Shown here one piece after another: positions 27,176-40,160 of a stretch of 64,000 nt of DNA. Location of the stretch: positions 227,168,001 to 227,232,000 of the forward strand of contig OZ024741.1 of assembly GCA_964016885.1 (NCBI GenBank), in the 5' to 3' direction. Every line of letters starts with the position of its first letter. The stretch's first letter is position 1. The notes under the pieces were generated by a model. It was not told where the DNA came from. It did no database searches and saw nothing but the letters and a program-made list of their open reading frames with translations. The translations under genes were made by a program, and so were the position numbers. The stretch is from Eledone cirrhosa. Its lineage: Eukaryota.

Positions 27176-27773
27176 CATTTTTATATGTATTGCTTCATTT
27201 CGATCAGAGACAACATTGTTTTAACTTTATCATAGCTATGATTAGCTTTCTATTTAGGACAGATACCACAGCTTGAGGTCAACTATCCAATTATTTTCTT
27301 TTCTTTGTTTTCTTTCGTCCTTCTATTTGTGCTGTTTGTTTTATCACACAGACATCATACCAGCAGAAAGGTTTATTTTTCTGTTGCATGTTCCAGCATT
27401 TTAAAATGGTACTCTCAATTAAATCATGCAAAATCATTTTGGTGGTTTGAGAGCTGATGAGGGTGAAGATGTATATAGGTAAACTTGTACACCACCTTTC
27501 TTTATTTCCTTCTTCCAGTCACTTCAGTGCGCCAGTGCACTCCTCTTTGTCCTCTTTCAGTCATATATTTCAGTCTTATATATGCCTGTTCCCCACCTTG
27601 TGGATTGTCTCTCTGTTGACCACTGGCTGCTGGCTTCTGTCCTGAGGCATTTTTGTCCATCGCTGTCTTTGACAGCATTTAGCTGCTTTAACAGCAATAA
27701 GTTTTCTCATTTTTATATGTATTTAAATACACTCTCCCTTCATCTTGATCAGAGACAATATTGTTTTAATATA

Positions 27774-28979
27774 CAGGGTGGGGTATAAGTTCGGAAGCAA
27801 ATTTTTGAAATTTGATTTCTAAAAGTTTTGCAAGTATATCATTAATCTTTTATTATCAGGTTAAAACATTAGTCTATGTAAACATATTGGACTTAGTTTG
27901 AATTTCTTAAAGAATTTGAAAATGTCATCCAATAGAGAGATGATACTTAAATATCAGAGCGTAGGGAGGTCAGATTCAGATATTGCAAAGTTACTTTCGG
28001 TTGCTAGATCTACTGTTTGTAGGGGAAGGAGATCTGTCGGATAGACCCAGGAGTGGAAGACCGCACACTAAATGGACTCCTACTCTCATTAAAGCCGTTC
28101 AACAAAGGATAAGAAAAAAATATGAAAAGGTCTATGAGAAAAATGGCAGAAGAGGTCCGAGTAAGCCCTAGGACAATGAGAAGGGTCATCAAAGATGACT
28201 TGGGAGTGTCTTCCTTCACTCTTCAGAAAAGACAAAACAAAAAAAAAGGTAGAGAGAAGAAAGAATTTGCTTAAAGAAATGAAAGTAGCACAGTGGGGAA
28301 AACTGTCTGGTCAGATGAAAAAAGATTTTCACTGTTGATCAGACATACAACTGAAGAAATGATCAAGTCATTGGCAAAAAACATCAGCAATCAGAGTAGA
28401 CCCAAAATCTGTATTCCATACAATGAAACCAGCTTGTTATGGTCTGGGGGGCTGTTTCATCATCTTGGAGGTCTCCTCTCATTTTTGTGGAAGAAAGGAC
28501 AAAAATCAGCTCCCAAACTGTATTATCAAGCCTATGCTTGCTTCTGCAACTAATAATTTTGGCAATGTTTATATGTGAACCTCCCATACAACAAATGTCA
28601 CACAAGCTTGGTGCAAAGACCATCTTCTGAGGTTCCAGTCAAAAGAAATGTGGCCTTCTTGTTCACCTGATGCAAACCCAATGAAGTTTTCAATATTGTC
28701 TATCCTTGAAGAAAAAGCCTGTTCAAAAGACCATAAGACAGTCAATGATTTAAAGGCATCTTTACAGAATGCTTGGAAAGAAATAGTGCAGGTTTTGGTG
28801 AAAGATGTTCGACAGATGTTAGAAGCTATTATTGCTGCACAAGTAGGTAATTTTGAATAAACTATGTACATTATATTCCAAACATATTTATGTATAATTA
28901 CATAATGTTGCTGATCAATAAAGTTAGTAGTTTTATTATTAAAAACATTTTTATTTGCTTCCACTTATGCCCCACCCTG
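27774..28979 (+). mobile_element. Tc1/mariner (maT-like) transposon with both TIRs, decayed transposase
   Basis: TA|CAGGGTGGGGTATAAGTTCGGAAGCAAAT ... ATTTGCTTCCACTTATGCCCCACCCTG; motifs DRPRSGRP, WSDEKRF, MVWGAVS, WPSCSPDANPM. Confidence 0.88.
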
Positions 28980-29217
28980 CATATATATATATTTCTCCGA
29001 AAAGGCTTACTGAATAAATGTGTTTTTTCTACAAGAAATGTTTTCTGTTCCTTCCTCTTTTCACTATCTTTCTATTTCATTCTATCTTCTGATGGAGGAC
29101 TAGTGTCTAAAACGTTAAGACTATTTTCTTACTATATCAAGTGTAAAACTAATATACCTTTCCATTGTTTTGTGTTGTTTGCTGTTATTTCTGTTTATTT
29201 CTTGTAACGCGCGTGTG

Positions 29218-29249
<32 letters not shown>

Positions 29250-29385
29250 CACAAACACACACACACATTTTGTAATGAACAAGTGATATAACCACTCCTA
29301 TTCATCACCTATGTATATATATATATATGTATGTGTGTGTGTATGTATGTGTATATATATATATATGTGTGTGTGTATGTATGTG

Positions 29386-29427
<42 letters not shown>

Positions 29428-30621
29428 TATATGAGTGGTTATATCACTTGTTCATTACAAAATGTGAAAAAGCTCTGCATTAATCGCTTAATCGTGAAAA
29501 AGCTCTGCATTAATCGCTTAATCGTGAAAAACCAAAGATACACTTCAAAGCATTTTATTAATTTCTGTGTTCGTTTCAATTTTAACGAAATACAATTGCA
29601 AAATATAAAAAAAATGATTTGTAGATTAATTAATCAACCAATCAAATCAATAAAATAATTTCAATCATATATCACAAAATCTATTCAGGATGAAAGGCAA
29701 ATCAGTTCTATAAATCAAAATGTAATTGTAGAAATAAACCAGATTGCCCTCTGCAAAATAATTGTCTGGATAGAAATCGGGTGTATAAATGCACCGTAAA
29801 AACAAATAACACATACAACTACATAGGGGCAACTTCTTCGACATTTAAATCGAGATTTGCGAATCACAAATGCTCATTTTTCGAATCCTAATAAGAAATC
29901 TTTGACTTCTTTATCACAACTTATATGGTCATTAAAAGACAAAAATTTAAAATACTCGATCTTTTGGATGAAGCTTTATAATAGTAAAATATACACGAAC
30001 TCCTCTATATCAACTAACTGCAACCTCTGCACAAAGGAGACCCTATTAATAATTACTAATTATGAAAACTTAATTTAACAAAAAAAGTGAATTATTCTCA
30101 AACTGCCTTCATAAAGCTTTGTCTACATTCCAAGCCTCGCAAAAAGTCAGGAAAAAAACACTAAACAATCAGGCTTTAATTTTTGACGTCTCTTAACTGT
30201 TGGGCCTAAAAAGTCATAACGGTTTATAAAACTTTAATAATGCTTTATCTTCTAATCATTTATGATAGAATTAATGTTAGAATGAAGGATCCTCTTTAGA
30301 TATATATATATATATTTGGTAACTTGTTTACTTGATAAATATGCACACCTTAGGATTATTTTAGATATTTATAATTTTGATTCGGATCTTTATGTATCTG
30401 TTTTGGATATTCAACTTGTAAATTTATCGATTATAATTGAACTGTAGATCATTCACGCGTTTGCATATTTTATTCATTTTGAGTATGTTTTGGGGACTCA
30501 GAAAGTTAGATTTGCATTTATTTATTTTTATTTATATCTAGGTATAAATATAACAAACCATAACAGTCGACAAATATTGGTCTTTTTCTCCACTGAACTA
30601 GAGGTAAAACTACAATTATAA

Positions 30622-30812
30622 CATTACTAATAATTGTTTCTACTTTAGGCACAAGGCCAGCAATTACCCAGTGCATTACTGGTACTTTATTTTATCGACC
30701 CCGTAAGGATGAAAGGCAAAGTCAACCTCGGCGGGATTTGAACTCAGATCGTAAAGGGACGTATCTATGCTGGAAAGCATGGCGTCCAACACTCTACCGA
30801 TACTGCCAATCC
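30622..30812 (-). mobile_element. Nin/Deu-core SINE nested in the Penelope-like tail
   Basis: Reverse complement of the 13459-13650 family. Confidence 0.85.
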
Positions 30813-32276
30813 AGTTATAATTATTTATTTATTAAATGTATACCGTTTCATTAATACCTATAATAATATCTCTATATAGTTGTACAAATAGGTTTATCAT
30901 ATGTAATAACATACTCGTAGTTACATTTACAAATAATTTAGATACTCAAATGACTATATTGTTATAAGTGTTTGATATTCCCTAGAAGTTCGAATTTATA
31001 TAATGATTTTTACTTAATTTAATATAATTTAATGTAATTTAATTTATTTTAATTAAATTTAAATTTAGATTACCTTCGGCTTCTTTAAATATTTAGCTCC
31101 TCTTTCTATCACATTCGCTAAAATATTTTAGACGTATCTTTTGTCTACTTTATATTAAAACCATATTACATTTTATAATATATTTTTAATATTGGGCATT
31201 TTTAAGTTTCGCAAACAATTCATTATTTTTATTTTTTATTTTTATATTTATTTTGTATCTAGCCCCTATCACGTAGTTTTGAATTATATATTTATAGTAT
31301 ATATCAACTAAATGAAAATAATTGATATAAAACAATTTTTTAACAATATTTTTTAACTATATATATATATATATTTTAACAAAATTTTCAGTAACTTATT
31401 TACTATATTATATTATTGTATTATATTATATATATATTTGAAAGGTTTCACCTCAATTATAAACAAATAATAAACTATAATCCTTGTATATTTTTTGATC
31501 AACACATATATATAATTAAAAATTCAGACTTCTTTAAGTTTAGTTATAAGGCCGGTTGATCCTTTAGGCACTCAAACTGTTTAATAATAAATTCTTTAAT
31601 AATTGTAACTATAATTATTTTATAAATTATATTATATAAACTGTTGTCAATATTATAAATAATTTTGGTAAAGATTACCTTCGGGAGGGTATAAAAGCAT
31701 TATTATATATTTTCTCTCTCGTGTTTCGTAAATCCTTTTGTTTTCATAAAATTTGAATTTTAGAAATTAAACTTGATAGTATAATATAATATTAATACAA
31801 ATACCTATTAACTTTTAAAACCTAAAATATTACTCATTACTCTGAAATAACTTAAATTAAATATTTTGAATATTAACGGTCATCTAAGTTTGGATATATA
31901 TTGCATATATGGAAAATTGTCTATAAACTTGAACATAAATTACTCCCTTTTGTCTCTCTCTCTCTCTCTCTTCAATCATCTTTCATTTGTTTTTTCGAGG
32001 CACCTACTAACTATATTATCCCCATCAGCTGTCTCTTCCTCTATGCTTTCCTTTCTTTCCTCTTTCTTCAGTAGTTTAAAAAAAATGTTATGAACTGTTA
32101 AATTGATGCCGTGTATTTTTTAAGCTGTATTACACGCACCCTCTCTATTGTTTGTATTATATATTTTTCTCATGTTCTCAATATTAGGGTATAAATATTG
32201 AGTTTTGTCATATGTTAATCACTACCATGACTGAATCTTAACCATCTACTATGTTAGGGTATGTCATGCATCATCT

Positions 32277-32343
32277 TATTTGATCTGATGAGAACGTACT
32301 GTTGAACTTAAATCAGTACCTCTGAAATATGTATAATAAAATA
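32277..32343 (+). ncRNA. Type I hammerhead ribozyme, partly degenerate
   Basis: tatttgat-CTGATGA-gaacgtactg...cagtacctct-GAAA-tatgta-TA-ataaaata; one stem I mismatch and a weakened stem II base. Confidence 0.55.
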
Positions 32344-32423
32344 CACTTGACCACAAGAATATCTATTTTGTTAATATTTTGAATTAATATATATATATAA
32401 CACATATATACACACACATACAC

Positions 32424-32472
<49 letters not shown>

Positions 32473-32474
<2 letters not shown>

Positions 32475-33190
32475 TCATTGTTTAACGTCTATTTTCCACA
32501 CTACCGTGGGTTAGACGGGTTGCCCCCGTTAGAGGCAAGTTGGGTCAGGTGATCGTGTCTTGCTCATATGGGTCTGTTTCTTCTGGCTTGGTTTCTACGG
32601 CTGGATGCCCTCCGTAACACCAACCACATTTACAGTGTGCTGGATGCTTTTTGTCATGACTCCTACATAACCACTTTACAGAGTGGGCTGGGTGCTTTTA
32701 GTTGTGACACTTACACGACTACCTTACAGCATGGGCTGGGAGCTTTTTTTTTTGTGACACCTACACGACCACTATATAGTGTAGGCTGGATGTTTTTGTG
32801 ATACCAACATAATTTGACAGTGTATGGTATGGACAAAAGTGGGAGGATGGTATAGGGATGTATGGAAGTGGTTAAGAGGTGCCTACTGGATGTACGTTTG
32901 AGTCCGTGTGCAAGGGAAGATGGTTCTTCTGTATTACTACATAACACCAAAGACCTCGATCCTCTGTCATTGTCTTTGAGTGGTGCAACTGCGCAAAGTC
33001 AGCTTTTATCATCTAATCCCAGGTCTTCTTAATCCATAACTTCCATCAATTTTGATTGCCCTGCATCTTTTTATATAGCTGTCACCCTTCATTAAATATC
33101 ACATGACCATACCAATGCAATCTCCTCTCTTGTATACTGCATCTGATCCCTCTTATGCCAAATTTCTCACTCAGTTCATATACGCTTTGC
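32473..33190 (-). mobile_element. RTE LINE 3' end with five-module UTR
   Basis: Minus strand WYGHV-like ORF end, repeated cactgtaaagtgg modules and a (GAT)n tail. Confidence 0.8.
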
Positions 33191-33214
33191 AATTCGTGTA
33201 TATTACTATTACCA

Positions 33215-33757
33215 ATCCAGAGAGAGGAAGCACACACACACCCCTGCAAAAATCAACCCTTCCCTACGAGTGTCGACAAATGCCCAAAACTCCGAGTTGG
33301 TACCATCAATGTAAGCACAATGAAAGGAAGAGCAGGAGAAATCGTAGAAATGCTAGAGCGAAAGGAAATTGATGTATGCTGTGTGCAAGAGACTATATGG
33401 AGGAGAGTCTGCTAGAGTCCTTGTAGGAAAAAGTCAGTGCTACAAATTTTTCTGGGTGGGAAATGACGATGGGATGGGTGGTGAAGGTATACTACTAGCT
33501 GACAAGTGGGTAGATAAAGTAATCTCAGTGTACAGGGTAAATGCAAGAATCATTAAACTCAGACTAGTCCTGAATAAAACAATTACCACAATAATATCAG
33601 CTTACGCACCCCAATCGGGGTTGCCAGACGAACTTAAGGATAGATTTTACGAGTCCCTAATGCACACTACTGCTCTAACAAACGACAATGACTTCCTAAT
33701 CATCACAGGAGATTTTAACGGACACGTAGGTAAACACTGTGATGGCTTCAATAGAGT
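33215..33757 (+). mobile_element. RTE LINE 5' (APE endonuclease) fragment
   Basis: [38 protein letters not shown]. Confidence 0.88.
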
Positions 33758-35797
33758 CCATGGCAGCCGGTCTTGAACTCCTCTGTTATAGCCTGAAGGG
33801 CAATAATAAATAGTAGGGGGCTAAGAACAGAGCCCTGATGGACACCAACTTTTACGCTAAACTCTTCACTATATTCGTTGTTAATTCTAACCTTACTGAC
33901 TGTTTCTTTATACATGGCTTGTATAGCTCTCACAAGCCATTCGTCAACACCTAGTTTTCTAAGAGACCACCAGATAATGGAACGGGGGACTCTGTCGAAG
34001 GCTTTCTCCAAGTCGACGAAAGCTAAGTATAGAGGTTTACTTTTAGCTAGGTACTTCTCCTGTAGTTGTCGTACAATGAAAAGAGCGTCTGTGGTACTTT
34101 TGCCTGACACAAACCCGAACTGCATTTCATCTAGATCAATTCTCTCTCTGATTAGTTGCGCTATTACTTTTTCCGTGACCTTCATGACCTGGTCGATTAA
34201 TTTAATGCCTCTATAGTTACTCCTATCTAGGGCATCTCCTTTTCCCTTATAGCAGTTAACGATGATGCTGCTACGCCAGTCCTTCGGAACAACCCCATTC
34301 TGTACGACTTGGTTAACTATCCGGGTGACCATGGTGTGTCCCACCGAACCCGATGCCTTCAGCATCTCAGCAACTATTTCCGAAGGCCCAGCCGCCTTAC
34401 CCGTCTTCATATCTTTGATTGCCTTACTTATTATACTACCTTCAACTAACACTGCTGGTCCCTCTATTGGATCGATCTGGGGGAGACTGTCTTTCTCCCA
34501 TTTGTTCTCCTCATTTAGAAGCCTTTCGTAGTGACACTTCCAAGCTACCTTCTTATCAGCGTCGGTGATGGCAAGTATGCCATCATCGTTAAGTACACAC
34601 TTCTCCCCGACAATATCACGGTTTTCCTTGACACATTGCCTGGCAATCCTGAACACCTCACGTTGTAGAACATGCTTGAACTTTCTTTCCTCTGCTTCCC
34701 TTCTTGCGAAGTACACTTGTCTCCTAGCTTCCCTCCTGGCCACTTGATAGTCTTCTCTACTTCCCCCATCCCGCCATGCTTTCCAAGCCTGCTTTTTGGC
34801 CTTAATTGACTCCTCCACCTTACTGTTCCACCACCATGTTACTCTCCTCCTACCTACAGGCCTGCTCCAGCCACAGACTTCGTCTGCCGCCGTCAGCAGG
34901 TTTGCTCTCAGGAATTCCCACTGTTCCTCTATATTATACGACTCTAATTGCTCTTCCTTACTGTAGAAAGCGTCAAGTAATATGCTTTGAAATTTATTTC
35001 TGGCTATGGGGTCCTTTAGCTTCCATATTTTTCTCCTGAGGATAGTCCTCTTCCGCTGTCTAGTACGTCTCGTCCTGACTATGAGGTCGCTAATTATCAG
35101 TCTATGTTGGGAGGTGAATTCTTCATGGGGGAGGGATTTAGTGTTAACAACAGACACTCTGTCACGTCTTCTGGTAAGGATATAATCTACCTGGCTTGTG
35201 TGATCCCCCGATCTATAGGTGATCAAGTGATTGTCTCGTTTTTTGAAGTTAGTGTTACAGATAGTTAAGTTATTTGCGTCGCAGAATTCCAGGATTCTGG
35301 AGCCTTCCTCATTTCTAGTACCGAACCCATAGCCTCCATGGATTCCGTCATAGCCGTCACAATGTTGTCCAACGTGACCATTTAGGTCGCCTGCAATAAC
35401 TATATAGTCATTGTCGGTTATTTGGGAGGTAGCGAGCATCAGTGTCTCGTAGAATCTGTCTTTTATAGCGCCGGGCAGTCCGGATTGGGGTGCGTACGCA
35501 GATATTACTGTCACCGTAGTTTTATTGAGGACAAGTCTTATTTTAATTATTCTGTCGTTCACTCTATTTACGTCTATTATCTTATCTGCCCACTTTTCTG
35601 CTACCATGATTCCTACCCCACCCAACCCATTGTCATTTCCCACCCAGAAAAGCTTATAGCATCGTTCTTTACCCACGATGAATCTAGCCGACCCTCCCCT
35701 CCACCTGGTCTCTTGAATACAACAAACATCGACCTCCTTACGTTCAAACATTTCTACAACCTCGTTAGAGCGACCCTTTAAGGTGCCTACATTCATG
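33758..35797 (-). mobile_element. RTE LINE subfamily 2, APE through RT, open frame, truncated at both ends
   Basis: Uninterrupted frame from [10 protein letters not shown] via [25 protein letters not shown] and [11 protein letters not shown] to [11 protein letters not shown]. The N-terminal half of the 1269-aa ORF call is microsatellite. Confidence 0.93.
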
Positions 35798-35798
35798 G

Positions 35799-36908
35799 TA
35801 TATATACATACATACACATATATATATATATATATATACATACATACACATATATATATATATATATATATACATACATACACATATATATATATATATA
35901 TATATACATACATACACATATATATATATATATATATATACATACATACACATATATATATATATATATATATACATACATACACATATATATATATATA
36001 TATATATACATACATACACATATATATATATATATATATACATACATACACATATATATATATATATATATACATACATACACATATATATATATATATA
36101 TATACATACATACACACATATATATATATATATATACATACATACACACATATATATATATATATACATACATACACATATATATATATATATATATATA
36201 CATACATACACACATATATATATATACATACATACACATATATATATACATACATACACATATATATATACATACATACACATATATATATATATATACA
36301 TACATACACATATATATATATATATACATACATACACATATATATATATATATACATACATACACATATATATATATATATATACATACATACACATATA
36401 TATATATATATATACATACATACACATATATATATATATATATACATACATACACATATATATATATATATACATACATACACATATATATATATATATA
36501 TACATACATACACATATATATATATATATATATACATACATACACATATATATATATATATATATACATACATACACATATATATATACATACATACACA
36601 TATATATATATATATATACATACATACACATATATATATATATATACATACATACACATACATATATATATATACATACATACACATATATATATATATA
36701 TACATACACATATATATATATATATACATACATACACATATATATATATATATACATACATACACATATATATATATATATACATACATACACATATATA
36801 TATATATATACATACATACACATATATATATATATATATACATACATACACATATATATATATATATATACATACATATACATATATACATACATACATA
36901 CACATATA

Positions 36909-36972
<64 letters not shown>

Positions 36973-37226
36973 TATACATACATACATACATACATATATA
37001 TACATACATACATACACATATATATATACATACATACATACACATATATATATACATACGTACATACATATATATATATATACATACATACATATATATA
37101 TATATACATACATACATATATATATATATACATACATATATATATATATACATACATATATATATATATACATACATACATATATATATATACACACATA
37201 TATATATATATACATACATACATACA

Positions 37227-37258
<32 letters not shown>

Positions 37259-37423
37259 CATACATACATACATACATATATATATACATACATACATACA
37301 TATATATATACATACATACATACATATATATATATACATACATATACATATATATATATACATACATACATATATATATATACATACATACATATACATA
37401 CATACATACATACATATATATAT

Positions 37424-37456
<33 letters not shown>

Positions 37457-37487
37457 CATACATACATACATATATATATATACATAC

Positions 37488-37518
<31 letters not shown>

Positions 37519-37519
37519 C

Positions 37520-37550
<31 letters not shown>

Positions 37551-37560
37551 CATACATACA
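35799..37560. repeat. Complex (ATAC)n/(AT)n microsatellite array
   Basis: About 1.76 kb almost exclusively of A/T/C; unit drifts from (AT)n-ACATACATACAC to (ATAC)n-(AT)n. Confidence 0.97.
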
Positions 37561-39845
37561 TTACATTACATAGAGACCAAGAGGGAAGCTAGGCGACAAG
37601 TATACTTAGCTAGGAGGGAAGCAGAGGATAGAAAATTCAAGCATGTTTTACAACGTGAGGACCAGAAACAGGAGGTATTCAAGATTGCGAGGCAGTGTGT
37701 CAGAGATAGTTGTGATGTCATTGGAGAGAAGTGTATCCGGAATGATAAAGGTGAGCTTGCCCTCACAAGTGCTGAGAAGAAAGATGCATGGAAGAGTCAT
37801 TATGATAGATTACTAAATGAGGAGAATGCATGGGAAGAAGAGACCCTACCCCACGTAGACCCTATAGAGGGACCAGCAGTACAAGTCAGCGGCAGCGTAG
37901 TAAGTAAGGCAATCAGAGATATGAAGATAGGGAAGGCAACCGGTCCATCGGGTATAGCTGCCGAGATGCTGAAGGCATCTGGGTCTGTAGGTCACACTAT
38001 AACCACACGTATCGTTAACCAGGTAATACTAGAGGGGGCCATACCAAAAGATTGGTGCAGTAGCATCATTGTCAACTGCTACAAAGGTAAAGGCGATGCA
38101 CTAGATAGAGGAAACTATAGAGGTATAAAGTTGATGGACCAGGTCATGAAAGTAACAGAAAGAGTTATAGCACAGCTGATTAGGGACCGGGTGAATATAG
38201 ACGAGATGCAATTTGGGTTTGTTCCAGGGAAAGGCACCACTGATGCGCTCTTCCTTGTGAGGCAATTACAGGAAAAGTACCTAGCTAAAAGTAAGCCACT
38301 CTACTTGGCATTTGTCGACCTTGAGAAAGCCTTTGACAGAGTTCCACGTGCAGTAATCTGGTGGGCTCTTAGAAAACTAGGAGTAGATGAATGGCTTGTG
38401 AAAGCGGTACAAGCCATGTATAGGGGAGCAGTCAGCAAAGTTAGGATTGGCAATGAGTATAGCGAGGAATTTAGCGTACAGGTTGGGGTCCACCAGGGCT
38501 CTGTTCTTAGCCCTCTCCTGTTCATCATAGTCCTGCAGGCAATAACGGAGGAGTTTAAGACCGGATGCCCATGGGAACTCCTGTATGCTGATGACCTCGC
38601 ACTCATAGCTGAATCTATGGTAGAACTAGAGAATAAATTCCAAACCTGGAAGCAGGGACTAGAGAGAAAGGGCCTCAAAGTCAACATGACAAAGACTAAG
38701 GTCCTTATAAGTAGACGAGAAAACAGAACCCAGATCCCCTCAGGGAAATGGCCTTGCTCAGTATGTAGGAAAGGTGTAGGTAGGAACTCCATTCTTTGCC
38801 CCAAATGCAAACAATGGGTACACAAGAGATGTAGCGGGATCTCAGGAAGCTTAATTAAGAATGTAGGATTCACATGCAGCAGCTGTGCTGAAACAGCAAG
38901 CAAACAGCCACAGGAAACAAGTACCACCAATCTCTGGGAGGGCCCTGTAGAAACAGTAGACAGCTTCTGCTACCTAGGTGACCGAATTAGCAACGGAGGT
39001 GGGTGCTCAGAAAGTACAATAACTAGGGTAAGAACGGGATGGAAGAAGTTTAGGGAACTACTACCACTGCTAGCTGCAAAAGGCTTCTCCCTCAGAATGA
39101 AAGGCAGACTGTATGATGCGTGTATCCGAACAGCGATGTTGCATGGTAGTGAGACCTGGGCGCTGAAGGTGGAAGACTTACGTAGATTAGAGAGAAACGA
39201 AGCCTGCATGCTCCGATGGATGTGTAACAGTAATATACGTGAACGACAAAGCATAAATGAATTGAGAGAGAGACTGAGCATAAGAGGAATCAAATGCTGC
39301 GTGCAGGAGAGGCGGTTACGCTGGTATGGACATGTGATGCGTATGAAGGATGACAGCTGCATAAAAAGGTGCAGAGCACTAGAAGTTGATGGAAACCGCG
39401 GAGTGGGGAGACCCAAGATGACTTGGGATGAGGTGATAAAAGCCGACCTTACCCAACTACACCTCTCAAAGTCAATGACACACGACCGTGACTTCTGGCG
39501 TCACGCAGTAATACAGGGTACCCGACCTCCCATGGGTACATGCTGAAGCATATAAACAATATGCCCCCCCCCCCCCACCGCAAGGTGGTCGTGGAGGTGC
39601 CACGGCAAAAAAGCACCCAGCCCACACTGTAAAGTGGACGTGTAGGCGCCACGAAAAAGCACCCAGCACTCACTGTAAATGAGGTTGGTGTTAGGAAGGG
39701 CATCCAGCTGTAGAAATCAAGCCAGATCAGTTCCTGTATGAGCAAGGCATGGTCAGCCGACCAGACACTGCCCACAACAGGACAACCCGTCTAACCCATG
39801 CTAGCGTGGAAGAACGGACGTAAAACGGTGATGATGATGATGATG
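37561..39845 (+). mobile_element. RTE LINE subfamily 1, 5'-truncated, RT frame open (ORF 37921-39546), complete 3' UTR
   Basis: All RT motifs plus PHD finger, [25 protein letters not shown]; modular UTR and (GAT)n tail. Confidence 0.95.
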
Positions 39846-39846
39846 A

Positions 39847-40160
39847 CATACATACATACATATATATATATACATACATACATACACATATATATATATA
39901 TACATACATACACATATATATATATATACATACATACACATATATATATATATACATACATACACATATATATATATATACATACATATATATATATACA
40001 TACATACACATATATATATATATACATACATATATATATATACATACATATATATATATACATACATACATATATATACATACATACATATATATACATA
40101 CATACATACATACATATATATATACATACATACATATATATATACATACATATATATATA
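39847..40160. repeat. (ATAC)n/(AT)n microsatellite
   Basis: Directly visible between two RTE copies. Confidence 0.95.

Larger units (their letters stand above)
29433..32385 (+). mobile_element. Penelope-like element remnant: GIY-YIG endonuclease, long AT-rich tail, terminal hammerhead
   Basis: 29721-30112 reads CNCRNKPDCPLQNNCL..VYKCTV..YIGATSSTFKSRFANHK / TSLSQLIWSLKDK..CNLCTKETLLI / NKKSELFSNCLH across two frameshifts. Hammerhead-like motif at 32277-32343; microsatellites on both flanks. Confidence 0.75.

Noticed and set aside
32600-32820. Spaced ~40-bp repeats resembling a CRISPR array
   Set aside because: Eukaryotic context, no cas genes, spacers are homologous to each other; these are RTE 3' UTR modules.
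35765-37573. 500-1269 aa Y/I/C/M/V or Y/I/H/T ORFs, also at 39727-40201 and 42260-45048
   Set aside because: Translations of stop-free (ATAC/AT)n microsatellite, open in most frames; not genes and not a real LINE fusion protein.
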